A DNA stretch of 63,053 nt, filler included, from Octopus bimaculoides (Eukaryota): NCBI RefSeq assembly GCF_001194135.2. It is 8 parts of 6 records of this genome, joined end to end, with 100 filler letters (N's around TTAATTAATTAA, not from the genome) between each part and the next. Parts side by side here need not be neighbours in the genome. Positions count along the whole stretch, not along the records: positions 50,654 to 53,057 come from NC_069004.1; positions 53,158 to 55,024 come from NC_068998.1; positions 55,125 to 59,431 come from NC_068982.1; positions 59,532 to 63,053 come from NC_069004.1; 4 more parts are not named here. One strand, written 5' to 3'. The notes beneath the pieces were generated by a model, which ran no database searches, was not told the origin of the DNA, and saw only the letters and a program-made list of their open reading frames with translations. The translations under genes were made by a program, and so were the position numbers. Of the stretch, positions 52,414-63,053 are shown piece after piece (positions within the stretch are counted from its first letter, which is position 1; every line of letters starts with the position of its first letter).

Positions 52414-52516
52414 AAGATATCCTTGGTTTGAAGAGTAGCCTACGATATACACCTCACTTGGATATTTATCACTTCCGAGGTTCGGGTTGCTACGAAACAT
52501 ATGTAGCCCGGATCTT
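52414..52516 (+). ncRNA. Candidate type I hammerhead ribozyme (C3U variant) with palindromic stem III
   Basis: AAGATATCCTTGGT-TTGAAGA-GTAGC[~49 nt]GCTAC-GAAA-CATATGT-A-GCCCGGATCTT. Stem III ACATATGT is a perfect palindrome, the triplet is GUA, and stem I is extended with bulges. Confidence 0.58.
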
Positions 52517-52706
52517 ATCTACTCCATTCATTAACTCATGTATTCTTATTCGCATACCGTGAAATACAAAAAGAACTTTTTTCAGTTTATCGTATTTCGA
52601 TAAGAAAAAAATTCACAACCTTCCGTCTCAAACCACTCTTGTCCCTGAAAACTGATTTTAATATTTACTACGGATTGCTTAAAGCCAACTTTCTTCTTAC
52701 ACCTCG

Positions 52707-52779
<73 letters not shown>

Positions 52780-53057
52780 GAAATTGCTACTGCAGAGGAG
52801 AAAAACTGGGAAGGGGGAAAAAAAGTCGAAGTCCTCCTCCATATCACTGAAGAGGAGTGCCAAAAGATCCCCACACACATCCAACTGGCAAAGGACCACA
52901 AGTTATATGTAGTGGTGGAAGGAAGGCGGCCACGTTGTTATGTATGCGGCAGCGAGGCACACCTCAAGGACAGTTGCCCAACCGCCGCCAACCAAAAAAA
53001 GCAACAAGGGCAACCACCAAAACCCGGAAAAAAAACCCTACTACCAACACCACCATC
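52780..53057 (+). mobile_element. L1/Tx1-type ORF1 fragment with gag-like zinc knuckle, starting directly after (ATCT)n
   Basis: LYVVVEGRRPRCYVCGSEAHLKDSCP (CX2CX4HX4C) followed by a low-complexity P/K/Q tail; preceded by (ATCT)n at ~52706-52779. Confidence 0.72.
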
Positions 53058-53157
53058 NNNNNNNNNNNNNNNNNNNNNNNNNNNNNNNNNNNNNNNNNNN
53101 NTTAATTAATTAANNNNNNNNNNNNNNNNNNNNNNNNNNNNNNNNNNNNNNNNNNNN

Positions 53158-53188
<31 letters not shown>

Positions 53189-53363
53189 ATATATATATAT
53201 GTATATTAATATATATACGTATATATAAAGGAGAGTGAATGAGAGGAAAGTACAAGGAATGCGAGTCTCTCTCCCTCTTAAATTACTTGTTCATGTCTCT
53301 GTCTACATCTCTCCCTCTCTCTCTCTTTCCCTTTCCATCTATCTATTTCTGTATATGTATATG

Positions 53364-53395
<32 letters not shown>

Positions 53396-53425
53396 TGTAT
53401 GTATGTAGGTATATATGTATGTAGG

Positions 53426-53472
<47 letters not shown>

Positions 53473-53555
53473 GCATATAGAAGTATATGCAATAACAGAA
53501 TTTAGAGCTAGACAAACACACACACACGCTTGCGCACGCACGTATGTGTATTTGT

Positions 53556-53605
<50 letters not shown>

Positions 53606-53712
53606 CGTGGGAGGAGAGAGAGAACGGGGGAGGAGAGAGAGCGAGGGAGAGAGATTATATAGATATAGGCTTAAAAGGGGAAAGTTCGTCGCAGAAACAT
53701 GAGTTGAACAGT

Positions 53713-53746
<34 letters not shown>

Positions 53747-53895
53747 TGCGTGTGATGAGGAAAGTAGATGTATTTATAAGCGTACTTTGATATGGTAGGA
53801 TTTTCTATACACACACACACATTGATGCAAATATTTATCTGTTGTATTCATAAAAATACATAGCTATATGATTATACATGCTTTAATATATATGC

Positions 53896-54009
<114 letters not shown>

Positions 54010-54115
54010 TCATATATATATGTGTATATATATACACATATACACATAAATATATACATTTATGCATTCACAAATACATACATATATATATATATGCACG
54101 TACGTACGTACGTAC

Positions 54116-54146
<31 letters not shown>

Positions 54147-54214
54147 TGTATGTATATATATACACCCATATATGAGGTGCCCTTCATTCTCTGGTATAAC
54201 CGGAAAAATCATTA

Positions 54215-54515
54215 TCACTGCAGTATTTGATAAACTTGTATACACACATCTGCGGCATTTTCATAATCATGTATATACAGTGATATGGACACCTGCAATA
54301 TTTAATAAGTTTGTATACACATAACTGCAATATTTGATAAAGTTATACGCACACGTCTGGTATGTTTGATAAAAGTTATACATACAGCTGTAATCTATAC
54401 ATATATATATATATATATAATATTTAATAAAACTATATATGCCTCTCTACAACATGTCATAAACTTATATATACGTGACTGTTCCATTCAACAAAGTTAC
54501 ATATATATAACTTTG

Positions 54516-54547
<32 letters not shown>

Positions 54548-54977
54548 TTTTACTGCGATGGTTATTATTTTCTTTAGTCATTGCGCGGTGAACGCTTATA
54601 AGCTTTATATATATATATATAGATGTGTAGTGTTTGATAAACCTCTACACACAATAGCACATTTAATAAATTTATATACGCTTGGTTGATGTATTTGATG
54701 CAGTTATTCTCAATTCTGAAGTGTCTGATAGCTTTGTTTCCATTTTTGCTGCATTTGGCAAAACCCTAACCCTAACCACTCCGAATATGACGGAGGCCAG
54801 TATAGGCCCCGGTACTATACGATAAGTTTCTTGCTAAATTTCTATACACTGCTGTAAATTTTGATAAATATATGTACACAAGCACAATGTTTAATATATT
54901 TATATACACACTGTATTAATTTGAGAAGGTTGTGTATAGTAATACAATATTTGATAAATTTGCATACACCTGTAGTA

Positions 54978-54980
<3 letters not shown>
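54215..54980. repeat. Degenerate ~33-35-bp minisatellite
   Basis: Recurrent CTG(C/T)A(G/A)TATTT(G/A)ATAAA..T(G/A)TATACACA variants interleaved with (TA)n. Confidence 0.6.
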
Positions 54981-55024
<44 letters not shown>

Positions 55025-55307
55025 NNNNNNNNNNNNNNNNNNNNNNNNNNNNNNNNNNNNNNNNNNNNTTAATTAATTAANNNNNNNNNNNNNNNNNNNN
55101 NNNNNNNNNNNNNNNNNNNNNNNNCGCACACACGCACACACACACACACACACACGCACACACACACACAGAGTGACATCATAATAATTTATAAACTTCT
55201 AAGCACGTGAAATAATTCATTTTGGAATGATGGATCTCAAATCATGCTGTAAATAATAGCGTGTAAATACTGGGTTAAAAACCCTTTGGACAGAAAAAGT
55301 TGAAGAC

Positions 55308-55369
55308 TGTCCGTGGAATTAGAACCCACATCTCCTGTAGACATGGCAGGCATTCTAACACTGCAACCC
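55308..55369 (-). pseudogene. tRNA-like relic (Asp-like) or SINE head
   Basis: Minus GTGTTAGAATGCCTGCCATGTCTACAGGAGATGTGGGTTCTAATTCCACGGACA resembles the D-to-T arm of tRNA-Asp; it is not a complete cloverleaf. Confidence 0.35.
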
Positions 55370-56011
55370 TTCGAAATTCTCTTTGTAATCCATAGCACAG
55401 TTTCTCTCAACGCCTAAAGATTAATCGAAAGATCTTTGGATTATATAACGCGAATAATTAGGTGCTGTAGTAAAATGGTTTACATTTCGAGCAATGATAC
55501 TCTTCATCAAGAATCAGATTGAGCAGCGGGTCGGAGGTACACTTAAAAGCTTAAAAAGAGATAACAGAGTTAAATAAGAATGTTTTAGGAGAAGCTAAAA
55601 TGTGTATATGTGCATATATGTTTATGTTTATATATACGTGCGTGTATTTGTGTGTGTGCATGTATGTATTATAACTTAAGGGATATATCACCAGTACACT
55701 GTCGGATCAATGTCCTCTGAGGAAGACTGACTGATGTATTAATTACAATATTGCAAGTGGTCTCATTTGATCTCCACTCGTGTTGTTGGAAGTTATCCAT
55801 GCATTCACTGCGATGTTTACACACACATACTCTGTAGCATATATATANNNNNNNNNNNNNNNNNNNNNNNNNNNNNNNNNNNNNNNNNNNNNNNNNNNNN
55901 NNNNNNNNNNNNNNNNNNNNNNNNNNNNNNNNNNNNNNNNNNNNNNNNNNNNNNNNNNNNNNNNNNNNNNNNNNNNNNNNNNNNNNNNNNNNNNNNNNNN
56001 NNATATATATG

Positions 56012-56051
<40 letters not shown>

Positions 56052-56734
56052 TACATACATACATACATGCATACATGCATGCACACACAAGTACGCATGC
56101 ACTCGCATGCTTATATATAAGTTATATATACATATGCTTGGAATATGTTATATAAGTTTAAAGTTTATACTTTGTACCACCTACTGACAACATCTGATAC
56201 AGAACTTTTTGTTTTATCGTTACTGACTTGGATTTGATTGCAAAACATTGTGCTATACGATCTCACATTTGACCCTCGGGTTTACTAGTACTGCTGGGTA
56301 GAGGATTCTCACGTTTAAAGCTGTCACATGGTCTAAATGTTGAGAGTAATGACCAGACTTTTGCGAAATGCATATCAATGTAATAGACTTCGCACCGTCT
56401 CCTGTAACAGACACATTTCTCATCAACTTTAATGCAAACAACATCATCCATGGATAACATGAACTTCTAAGACTTCTACTGTGATATTGAGAGTTGCGGG
56501 ATCTCTGAAGCGGTAAAGTGGTACAAATACCCCGTCCCTGTATTTGTCGTAATTGAGTGCATGCCTCACAGATAGTGCAAATTCGTTGGGAGAAAAGTAT
56601 ATCACATAGGATGTTGACCTGAGAATATACTTTGCTTAGTAAGAAAACAGTTGTTTGTGTTAATACTGATTTGTTATGAGTAGGCACAGAGCCAGAAATT
56701 GTGTGAGTGTGTGGGTCAATTTATTATTTCACAC

Positions 56735-56815
56735 CACTTCGCTGTTACGTTTGTTTTATCGACCTCCGAGGGAAGAAAGGCAAAGTTGATTTGGTGGGAA
56801 TTGAACTCAAAACGT
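56735..56815 (-). mobile_element. SINE family A, old partial copy
   Basis: TTTTATCGACCTCCGAGGGAAGAAAGGCAAAGTTGATTTGGTGGGAATTGAACTCAAAACG matches the central domain of family A. Confidence 0.55.
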
Positions 56816-58315
56816 GGGCATGTGGCACAAATAGTAACTGCATGACATTTTATGTGGTTCTTTACCATAGCATTGGTATTGGGGTTAGAAATGGTGTCAG
56901 TTCTGGTTCTAAAAATATGGCAGTTTGAAATTTATATACAGAAAGGAAACTTAAAGCATGTTGATCGCCCTTAGTAGAATAAGTAAGGAAGAAAGGAAGA
57001 AAATAAGGTAAAATATTATAAGAGGAGGAAGATGAAATAAAATAAAGTAAAACAATATAAAATACAATAAAAGGTAGTAGAGTATAAAGAGATTTAATTT
57101 TCTGTAATAGGGTGATGGATATAAAAATGTTAAAAAGTTCACGGCTATAAAAGCTTTATTGGTTGGTTGATGTAAAAGTTTAAAAATATAAGGATGTGTA
57201 AAGAGTTTATGAATATAGATGTAGGTTCAAAAGCAGATAAGTGAATAAATAGATAGGCAGACAGGTAGATACCTAGACAGACAGACAGATAGATCGATCG
57301 ATCGATAAATAGATAGATAAGCAGTTTGGTAGATAGATAGAAAGATAGATAGTTTACTCTACATATGGTGTGTTTACGGCCCGGAGATAGCCTTGATGCT
57401 GGGTGTTATAACTTATTTAGTGAACGCTATCGAATCGATGATTCTTCATCAGACATTTTTATCTTTGTTTTCCGCTCTTTCTTGATGGTGATGAATTTTT
57501 TCGCTCTATCGTAATTAAAAATCCTAGAAGCGGAAGACGTGTTTCCATGTATCCAGCTCATTGCGACGGTTCAGGCTAGATACTTGCTTCCTAATAAAGT
57601 GTACTACTGCAATCCTGAAGCTTATTGCATCCTTCCCCTTCGCAAGTCACATATCAAGGTTACTTCTTCCTCAAGAAATCTTCGGAGAAAGGTTGGTATT
57701 CGCTGATTTCTCATAATTATAAATATTTATACATGTGAAAAAATGCTTCAAGAAAACTATACTAGTAAACAGTAAACACTCGTCCTCTGCACATAAACTT
57801 ATACACTCCGTATCCGTCCTCACTACCAAATATCTCTAAATACGCTAACCCTATATTTATATAAGTCTATATACATTACGTGAAGCTTATAGTTTCATGC
57901 GTATATTAGTTATATAGTGCATATGCACTATATTAATCCTATTGTTGAAAACCTCTTGATATCGTTCTTGCATGTGTTTAACAATATATTTCCTGTTGTT
58001 CAGCTTTTTATGAGCTAAAATATCTTTAGGTGTCCTCAAAACAACAAATGTCATGATAAGTTGGTAAACAAAGTTCAAACTTAACAACGTAGCTCAATGG
58101 CCTACTTCACCAGTCCACACAAATGGCCACCGTTCTAAACATACTGGAGCAGGATTTTGTAAATGTTTCACACAAAAAACTAACATCTACTTGCTTGTAT
58201 TCTCATTGGATGTTTTTAAGGAGACAATCAACAATACACAAACGCACATACACACATACACACACACACGTACACATGTGCAAGGGTGTATGTGTATTAC
58301 ACACAGAGACACACA

Positions 58316-58423
<108 letters not shown>

Positions 58424-58428
58424 GAGAG

Positions 58429-59265
58429 AGCAATAAGAAAATGGAGGGGAATATGTGGTATTCATGAACTTGCAGACATTGTATTATGTCAATTTACCTG
58501 TTTATTTTTTAACTAAGAGGACAATAAAAACAATATACAAACACATGTGAATATTATGTCATATCAGTAATTAAAAAAGGACATCTAGTGACTGAAAATA
58601 GGATAATGACTTACAGCTGTTTCAGTCTAGTGGTGATATACCTCATTCTATCTATATAACTCCAGTAGGCTGAAGTAATTGATAGATGAAATAGATGAAA
58701 TAGAGGTACATGGATGATTCTCTAGGCCTCTTCAGAGATTTTATTAAGTTCATGAAGTTAATTTACAATATCCAAATATAAACATATAAAAAATCGTAAG
58801 ACTCGCATGTATATGCATACTTTAACATATATAGATATACATAAATAAACATAAATACATGAATACATATATGTACATTTAAATGTACATACATAAATGT
58901 CTATACATGCCCACCAATGTGTCAATTATTATTGTTATTATACATGAGGAGGGGACACATATATATACCCTCCCACACATACATGTACCCCTATTTCATC
59001 CATTTCATCTATCAATTACTTCAGCCTACTGGAGTTATATAGATAGAATGACGCATGTCACATCTTCACTGAAACAGCTGTAAGTCATTGTACCATCTTC
59101 GGTCACTTGATGTCCTTTTTAATTACTGACATGATATAATATGTCACATGTGTTTGTATATTGTTTTTATTGTCCTCTTAGTTAAAAAATAAACAGGTAA
59201 ATTGACATAATACAATGTCTGCAAGCTGATGAATACCACATATTCCCCTCCATTTCCTTATTGCT
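58429..59265. mobile_element. Foldback/MITE-like element with ~285-bp inverted arms and ~270-bp spacer
   Basis: 58429-58712 is the reverse complement of 58982-59265 at about 90% identity, including long exact runs such as TTGCAGACATTGTATTATGTCAATTTACCTGTTTATTTTTTAACTAAGAGGACAATAAAAACAATATACAAACACATGTG. Confidence 0.9.
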
Positions 59266-59532
59266 ATATAAACTAAGGGTAAAATATCCTTTTACCCGTA
59301 TCCATTTATTGCACTTGGTAAAAACACTAGTGTAATAATAATTGGGTATCCTTCCGGCAGTATATTGGATAGATATTATCCCTTAGTAGGTTGGATTCAC
59401 TACTCATAATATATATATATATATATATATANNNNNNNNNNNNNNNNNNNNNNNNNNNNNNNNNNNNNNNNNNNNTTAATTAATTAANNNNNNNNNNNNN
59501 NNNNNNNNNNNNNNNNNNNNNNNNNNNNNNNA

Positions 59533-59720
59533 GGCAGTGACCTGAATAATAATGATAATAATAATAATAATAATAACAACATCGAAAAATACTTTAGGAA
59601 TGTGAACCCAGGTTCGAAATTTCCCCAAGACACTTGATGAAGGCTGGAGGGTATATCAGCCGAAACGTTGTGTTAACAAACAATATGAGGACAAATATCC
59701 GTCAAATGTAAATAATGTAT
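59533..59720 (+). mobile_element. Family C SINE 3' end + (AAT)n + hammerhead-bearing tail (copy 1; head lost in gap)
   Basis: AGGCAGTGACCTG(AAT)n AACATCGAAAAATAC..CCCAGGTTCGAAATTTCCCCAAGACAC..CCGTCAAATGTAAATAATGTA; near-identical to 62566-62870. Confidence 0.8.
59629..59674 (+). ncRNA. Minimal (dimer-type) type I hammerhead ribozyme motif, C3U variant
   Basis: GACAC-TTGATGA-A-GGCTG(GAGGGTATAT)CAGCC-GAAA-CGT-T-GTGTT; loopless palindromic stem III (AACGTT), stem I GACAC/GTGTT. Confidence 0.75.
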
Positions 59721-60099
59721 ATATAAGTTGTAGTAATGAAGTCAAACTAATGATTTAATACGCACGTTTCAGATCTGTGTTATGTATAATAAGAAATACG
59801 TCCCTTATGCAGGATCTTCTTCAGTTAATATATTTCAAAATATTTTGAAATGTGCTAAGATGTTTTGAAATGAAGGTCTTACTTAACGGATGTATTTCCT
59901 ATTATGTATTACCTTTATTTAGTTTGATTCCATTATTGCAACATATACGACACGATGCCAGCACAAACTAACTGTCCCGACTTCACTAACGTAGATATTC
60001 TGAAATGAATTTGGAGCAGTTGTTGTATATGACTCAAGAGGAGCGTTCTTCCACAGTGCATCGGTTCTAAGCATAGCAAAAAATACATAGCATTTCTCT

Positions 60100-60300
60100 T
60101 TTATCTTTTACTTGTTACAGTCATTGGACTACGGTCATACTGGGGCACCGCCTTGAAGAATATTACGCGAACAAATATCGACCCCAGTACTCATTTTTTT
60201 AAAGAATGGTGCTTATTCTATTGTTTTCTTTTGCCGAACTGCTAAGTTACGGACTGCTAAGGCACACCAACACTGGTTGTCAAGTTGTGGTGGAGTACAA
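60100..60300. mobile_element. Probable further SINE-type dispersed repeat (degenerate)
   Basis: CTTTTACTTGTTACAGTCATTGGACTACGGTCATACTGGGGCACCGCCTTGAAG..ATCGACCCCAGTAC..TTTTGCCGAACTGCTAAGTTACGG shares the ATCGACCCCAGT motif with family A. Confidence 0.5.
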
Positions 60301-60386
60301 AGAGACAATTAAATACACACGTGTGTGTGTATGTATATATATACGCACACATTGTGAGTGGATTTGATAGAAGCCCGTCCTATATA

Positions 60387-60421
<35 letters not shown>

Positions 60422-60424
<3 letters not shown>

Positions 60425-60571
60425 ACAGGCTTCTGTCAAATGCATTCACAAGGCTTAGATCGACCTGAGGCTATAGTAGAAGACATTTACCCAAAGTGCC
60501 ACGCACTGGGACTGAACTCGAAGCCATGCGGTTGGGAAGCAAGCTTCTAACCACGCAACCAAGACTGCGCC
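60422..60571 (-). mobile_element. SINE family B
   Basis: Aligns with 9993-10153 (CACAAGGCTT..GCTATAGTAGAAG..CCCAA..GGTTGGGAAGCAAGCTTCT). Confidence 0.78.
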
Positions 60572-61385
60572 TTCACATGATCCAGTCATTGTTATACGCA
60601 TGTCCTTTTAAGCCTCAGATTTTCCTTAAAAAATTTTAATCACATTCANNNNNNNNNNNNNNNNNNNNNNNNNNNNNNNNNNNNNNNNNNNNNNNNNNNN
60701 NNNNNNNNNNNNNNNNNNNNNNNNNNNNNNNNNNNNNNNNNNNNNNNNNNNNNNNNNNNNNNNNNNNNNNNNNNNNNNNNNNNNNNNNNNNNNNNNNNNN
60801 NNNNNNNNNNNNNNNNNNNNNNNNNNNNNNNNNNNNNNNNNNNNNNNNNNNNNNNNNNNNNNNNNNNNNNNNNNNNNNNNNNNNNNNNNNNNNNNNNNNN
60901 NNNNNNNNNNNNNNNNNNNNNNNNNNNNNNNNNNNNNNNNNNNNNNNNNNNNNNNNNNNNNNNNNNNNNNNNNNNNNNNNNNNNNNNNNNNNNNNNNNNN
61001 NNNNNNNNNNNNNNNNNNNNNNNNNNNNNNNNNNNNNNNNNNNNNNNNNNNNNNNNNNNNNNNNNNNNNNNNNNNNNNNNNNNNNNNNNNNNNNNNNNNN
61101 NNNNNNNNNNNNNNNNNNNNNNNNNNNNNNNNNNNNNNNNNNNNNNNNNNNNNNNNNNNNNNNNNNNNNNNNNNNNNNNNNNNNNNNNNNNNNNNNNNNN
61201 NNNNNNNNNNNNNNNNNNNNNNNNNNNNNNNNNNNNNNNNNNNNNNNNNNNNNNNNNNNNNNNNNNNNNNNNNNNNNNNNNNNNNNNNNNNNNNNNNNNN
61301 NNNNNNNNNNNNNNNNNNNNNNNNNNNNNNNNNNNNNNNNNNNNNNNNNNNNNNNNNNNNNNNNNNNNNNNNNNNNNNNNNNNNN

Positions 61386-61467
<82 letters not shown>

Positions 61468-61493
61468 CATCATCATCATCATCATCGTCACCG

Positions 61494-61539
<46 letters not shown>

Positions 61540-61578
61540 CCTCATCATCATCATCATCATCATCATCGTCATCGTCAC

Positions 61579-61609
<31 letters not shown>

Positions 61610-61805
61610 GTCATCATCATCATCATCATCACCATCATCTTTCATCACCATCGTCACCATCATCATTATCACGATCATCATCACCATCGTCATCATCAAC
61701 TTCATCACCATCATCATCGTCACCATCATCGTTATGATCATCACCATCATCCTCGCCATCATTAATATCATCACCATCATCATCATCGTCACCACCATCA
61801 TCATC
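61386..61805. repeat. Long (CAT)n trinucleotide microsatellite degenerating to CAC/CGT variants
   Basis: More than 400 bp of CAT repeats next to a 737-N gap; it explains the poly-D/poly-M ORFs. Confidence 0.95.
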
Positions 61806-61846
61806 AAGGTGATACGGAGTGGGACTGAACCTGGAACCATGTGGTT

Positions 61847-61902
<56 letters not shown>

Positions 61903-62261
61903 AACAGACAGACAGATAGACAGAGAAACAGACAGACAGACGGACAGATAAAACATATGATAATGGATTATATTATACATATATATATATATATAACATA
62001 TAATAGATTACATTATATATAATCCCGTGGATTCTCTGGGATGTATCGTCAGTGATGTCGATGCATCCCAGAACATCCGTGATATGATATACTGTGGAAT
62101 TACATATACAAGCGTACCATAGATAAGCACCGCATTAGTGCTGAAACTGGTCAGGTTCTTAAAATCCAGGTTCATCATTAAGGCAAAATAGTTCAGTAGA
62201 ACAAGAGTGATTTATAAGAAATAAATGATGTAATAACTGTTTGAAATGGTTTCAATTGTAA

Positions 62262-62440
62262 GGGCGGGTGAAAGTTGAGTACATCGACCCCAGTGCGTAA
62301 CTGGTAATTATTTTATCGATACCGATTGATGAAAGGCAACATCGACCTCAGCTGAATTTGAAACTCAAAGCATAAAGACGGACGAAATCCCGCTCAGTAT
62401 TTTGTCGGGTGCATTAGGGACTCCGCCGGCTCACCGCCTT
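62262..62440 (-). mobile_element. SINE family A (diverged)
   Basis: Reverse complement AAGGCGGTGAGCCGGCGGAG..TTTGAGTTTCAAATTCAGCTGAGGTCGATGTTGCCTTTCATC..CACTGGGGTCGATGTA. Confidence 0.78.
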
Positions 62441-62450
62441 GCTTGAGCGA

Positions 62451-62568
62451 ATGATGATCCTTTTTACTATAGGAACAAGGCCTGAAATTGTTGGGGAGGG
62501 GGGACAAGTCGAATACATCGACCCCAGTGTTTCATTGGTACTTAATTTATCGACCCCGAACGGATGAA
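62451..62568 (-). mobile_element. SINE family A, 3' half
   Basis: Reverse complement TTCATCCGTTCGGGGTCGATAAATTAAGTACC..ACTGGGGTCGATG..CAGGCCTTGTTCCTATAGTAAAAAGGAT. Confidence 0.8.
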
Positions 62569-62586
62569 TTCGATACCAGGCAGTGA

Positions 62587-62652
<66 letters not shown>

Positions 62653-62653
62653 C

Positions 62654-62720
<67 letters not shown>

Positions 62721-62870
62721 TCGAAAAATACCTCAGGAATGAGAACCCAGGTTCGAAATTTCCCCAAGACACCTGATGAAGGCTGGAGGGTATATCAGCC
62801 GAAACATTGTGTTAACAACAAACAAGACGAGGACAAATATCCGTCAAATGTAAATAATGTAAATAATTGC
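62566..62870 (+). mobile_element. Family C SINE (B-box remnant) + (AAT)n + hammerhead-bearing tail (copy 2)
   Basis: GAATTCGATACCAGGCAGTGACCTG, ~128 bp (AAT)n, then the same tail as 59533-59720 ending ATGTAAATAATGTAAATAAT. Confidence 0.82.
62768..62813 (+). ncRNA. Minimal (dimer-type) type I hammerhead ribozyme motif with intact CUGAUGA core
   Basis: GACAC-CTGATGA-A-GGCTG(GAGGGTATAT)CAGCC-GAAA-CAT-T-GTGTT. Stem III ACGT is changed to ACAT (CpG-type decay) relative to the 59629 copy. Confidence 0.78.
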
Positions 62871-62904
62871 AAATAGTTTCATAAAACCTTTATACTTCAA
62901 GCGT

Positions 62905-63053
62905 GGAGATGCAATGGCCCAGTGGTTAGGGCAGCGGACTCGCGGTCATAGGATCGCGTTTTCGATTCCCAGACCGGGCGTTGTGGGTGTTTATTGAGCG
63001 AAAACACCTAAAGCTCCACGAGGCTCCGGCAGCGGGTGGTGGCGAACCTTGCT
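62905..63053 (+). mobile_element. tRNA-derived SINE (family D, Arg-like head), truncated by the window end
   Basis: A box TGGCCCAGTGG, GAC-TCGCG-GTC anticodon-like arm, B-box-like GTTTTCGATTCC, followed by a non-tRNA body. Confidence 0.78.

Noticed and set aside
54765-54780. AACCCTAACCCTAACC telomere-like repeat
   Set aside because: Only about two units; not an interstitial telomeric array.
57418-57456. Minus-strand CTGATGA-A-GAATC(ATC)GATTC-GATAGCGTT hammerhead-like string
   Set aside because: GAAA is replaced by GATA, stems I and III do not pair, and the sequence also reads as part of a decayed coding-like frame (MSDEESSIR).
62028-62079. Short imperfect hairpin (CTGGGATGTATCG/CGATGCATCCCAG)
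   Set aside because: Single short stem with no terminal or TSD features; no function inferable.
62905-62980. Functional tRNA gene (also 43960 and 55308 tRNA-like segments)
   Set aside because: No complete cloverleaf or acceptor stem, and the segments continue into SINE bodies or are truncated.

Overview
A gene-poor, repeat-saturated animal genomic segment (AT-rich, roughly 13% N, dense TA/CA/TATC/ATGT/AAT/CAT microsatellites). The SINE families and repeat landscape look like Octopus (inference from recalled repeat sequences, not a search). No host protein-coding gene is securely identifiable; there are only weak candidate exons. The window contains decayed R4/Dong-like REL-endonuclease LINEs (3 pieces), Tx1-clade L1-like LINEs (3 pieces), a Penelope-like GIY-YIG fragment, two near-identical non-autonomous Helitron copies carrying a Pif1 helicase C-terminus, a decayed Tc1/mariner element and a mariner-derived MITE, several tRNA-derived SINE families, and five long inverted-repeat (foldback/MITE-like) structures. 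The most interesting signal is a set of minimal type I hammerhead ribozyme motifs from at least four unrelated repeat families. One sits in a composite element: tRNA-like head remnant + (AAT)n + hammerhead-bearing tail, present twice. Different retroelement classes also appear to associate with different microsatellites (Tx1 with TATC, Dong-like with TAA, hammerhead-bearing repeats with TA). All translations and pairings were done by eye; repeat boundaries are approximate unless a TSD or terminal motif is quoted.
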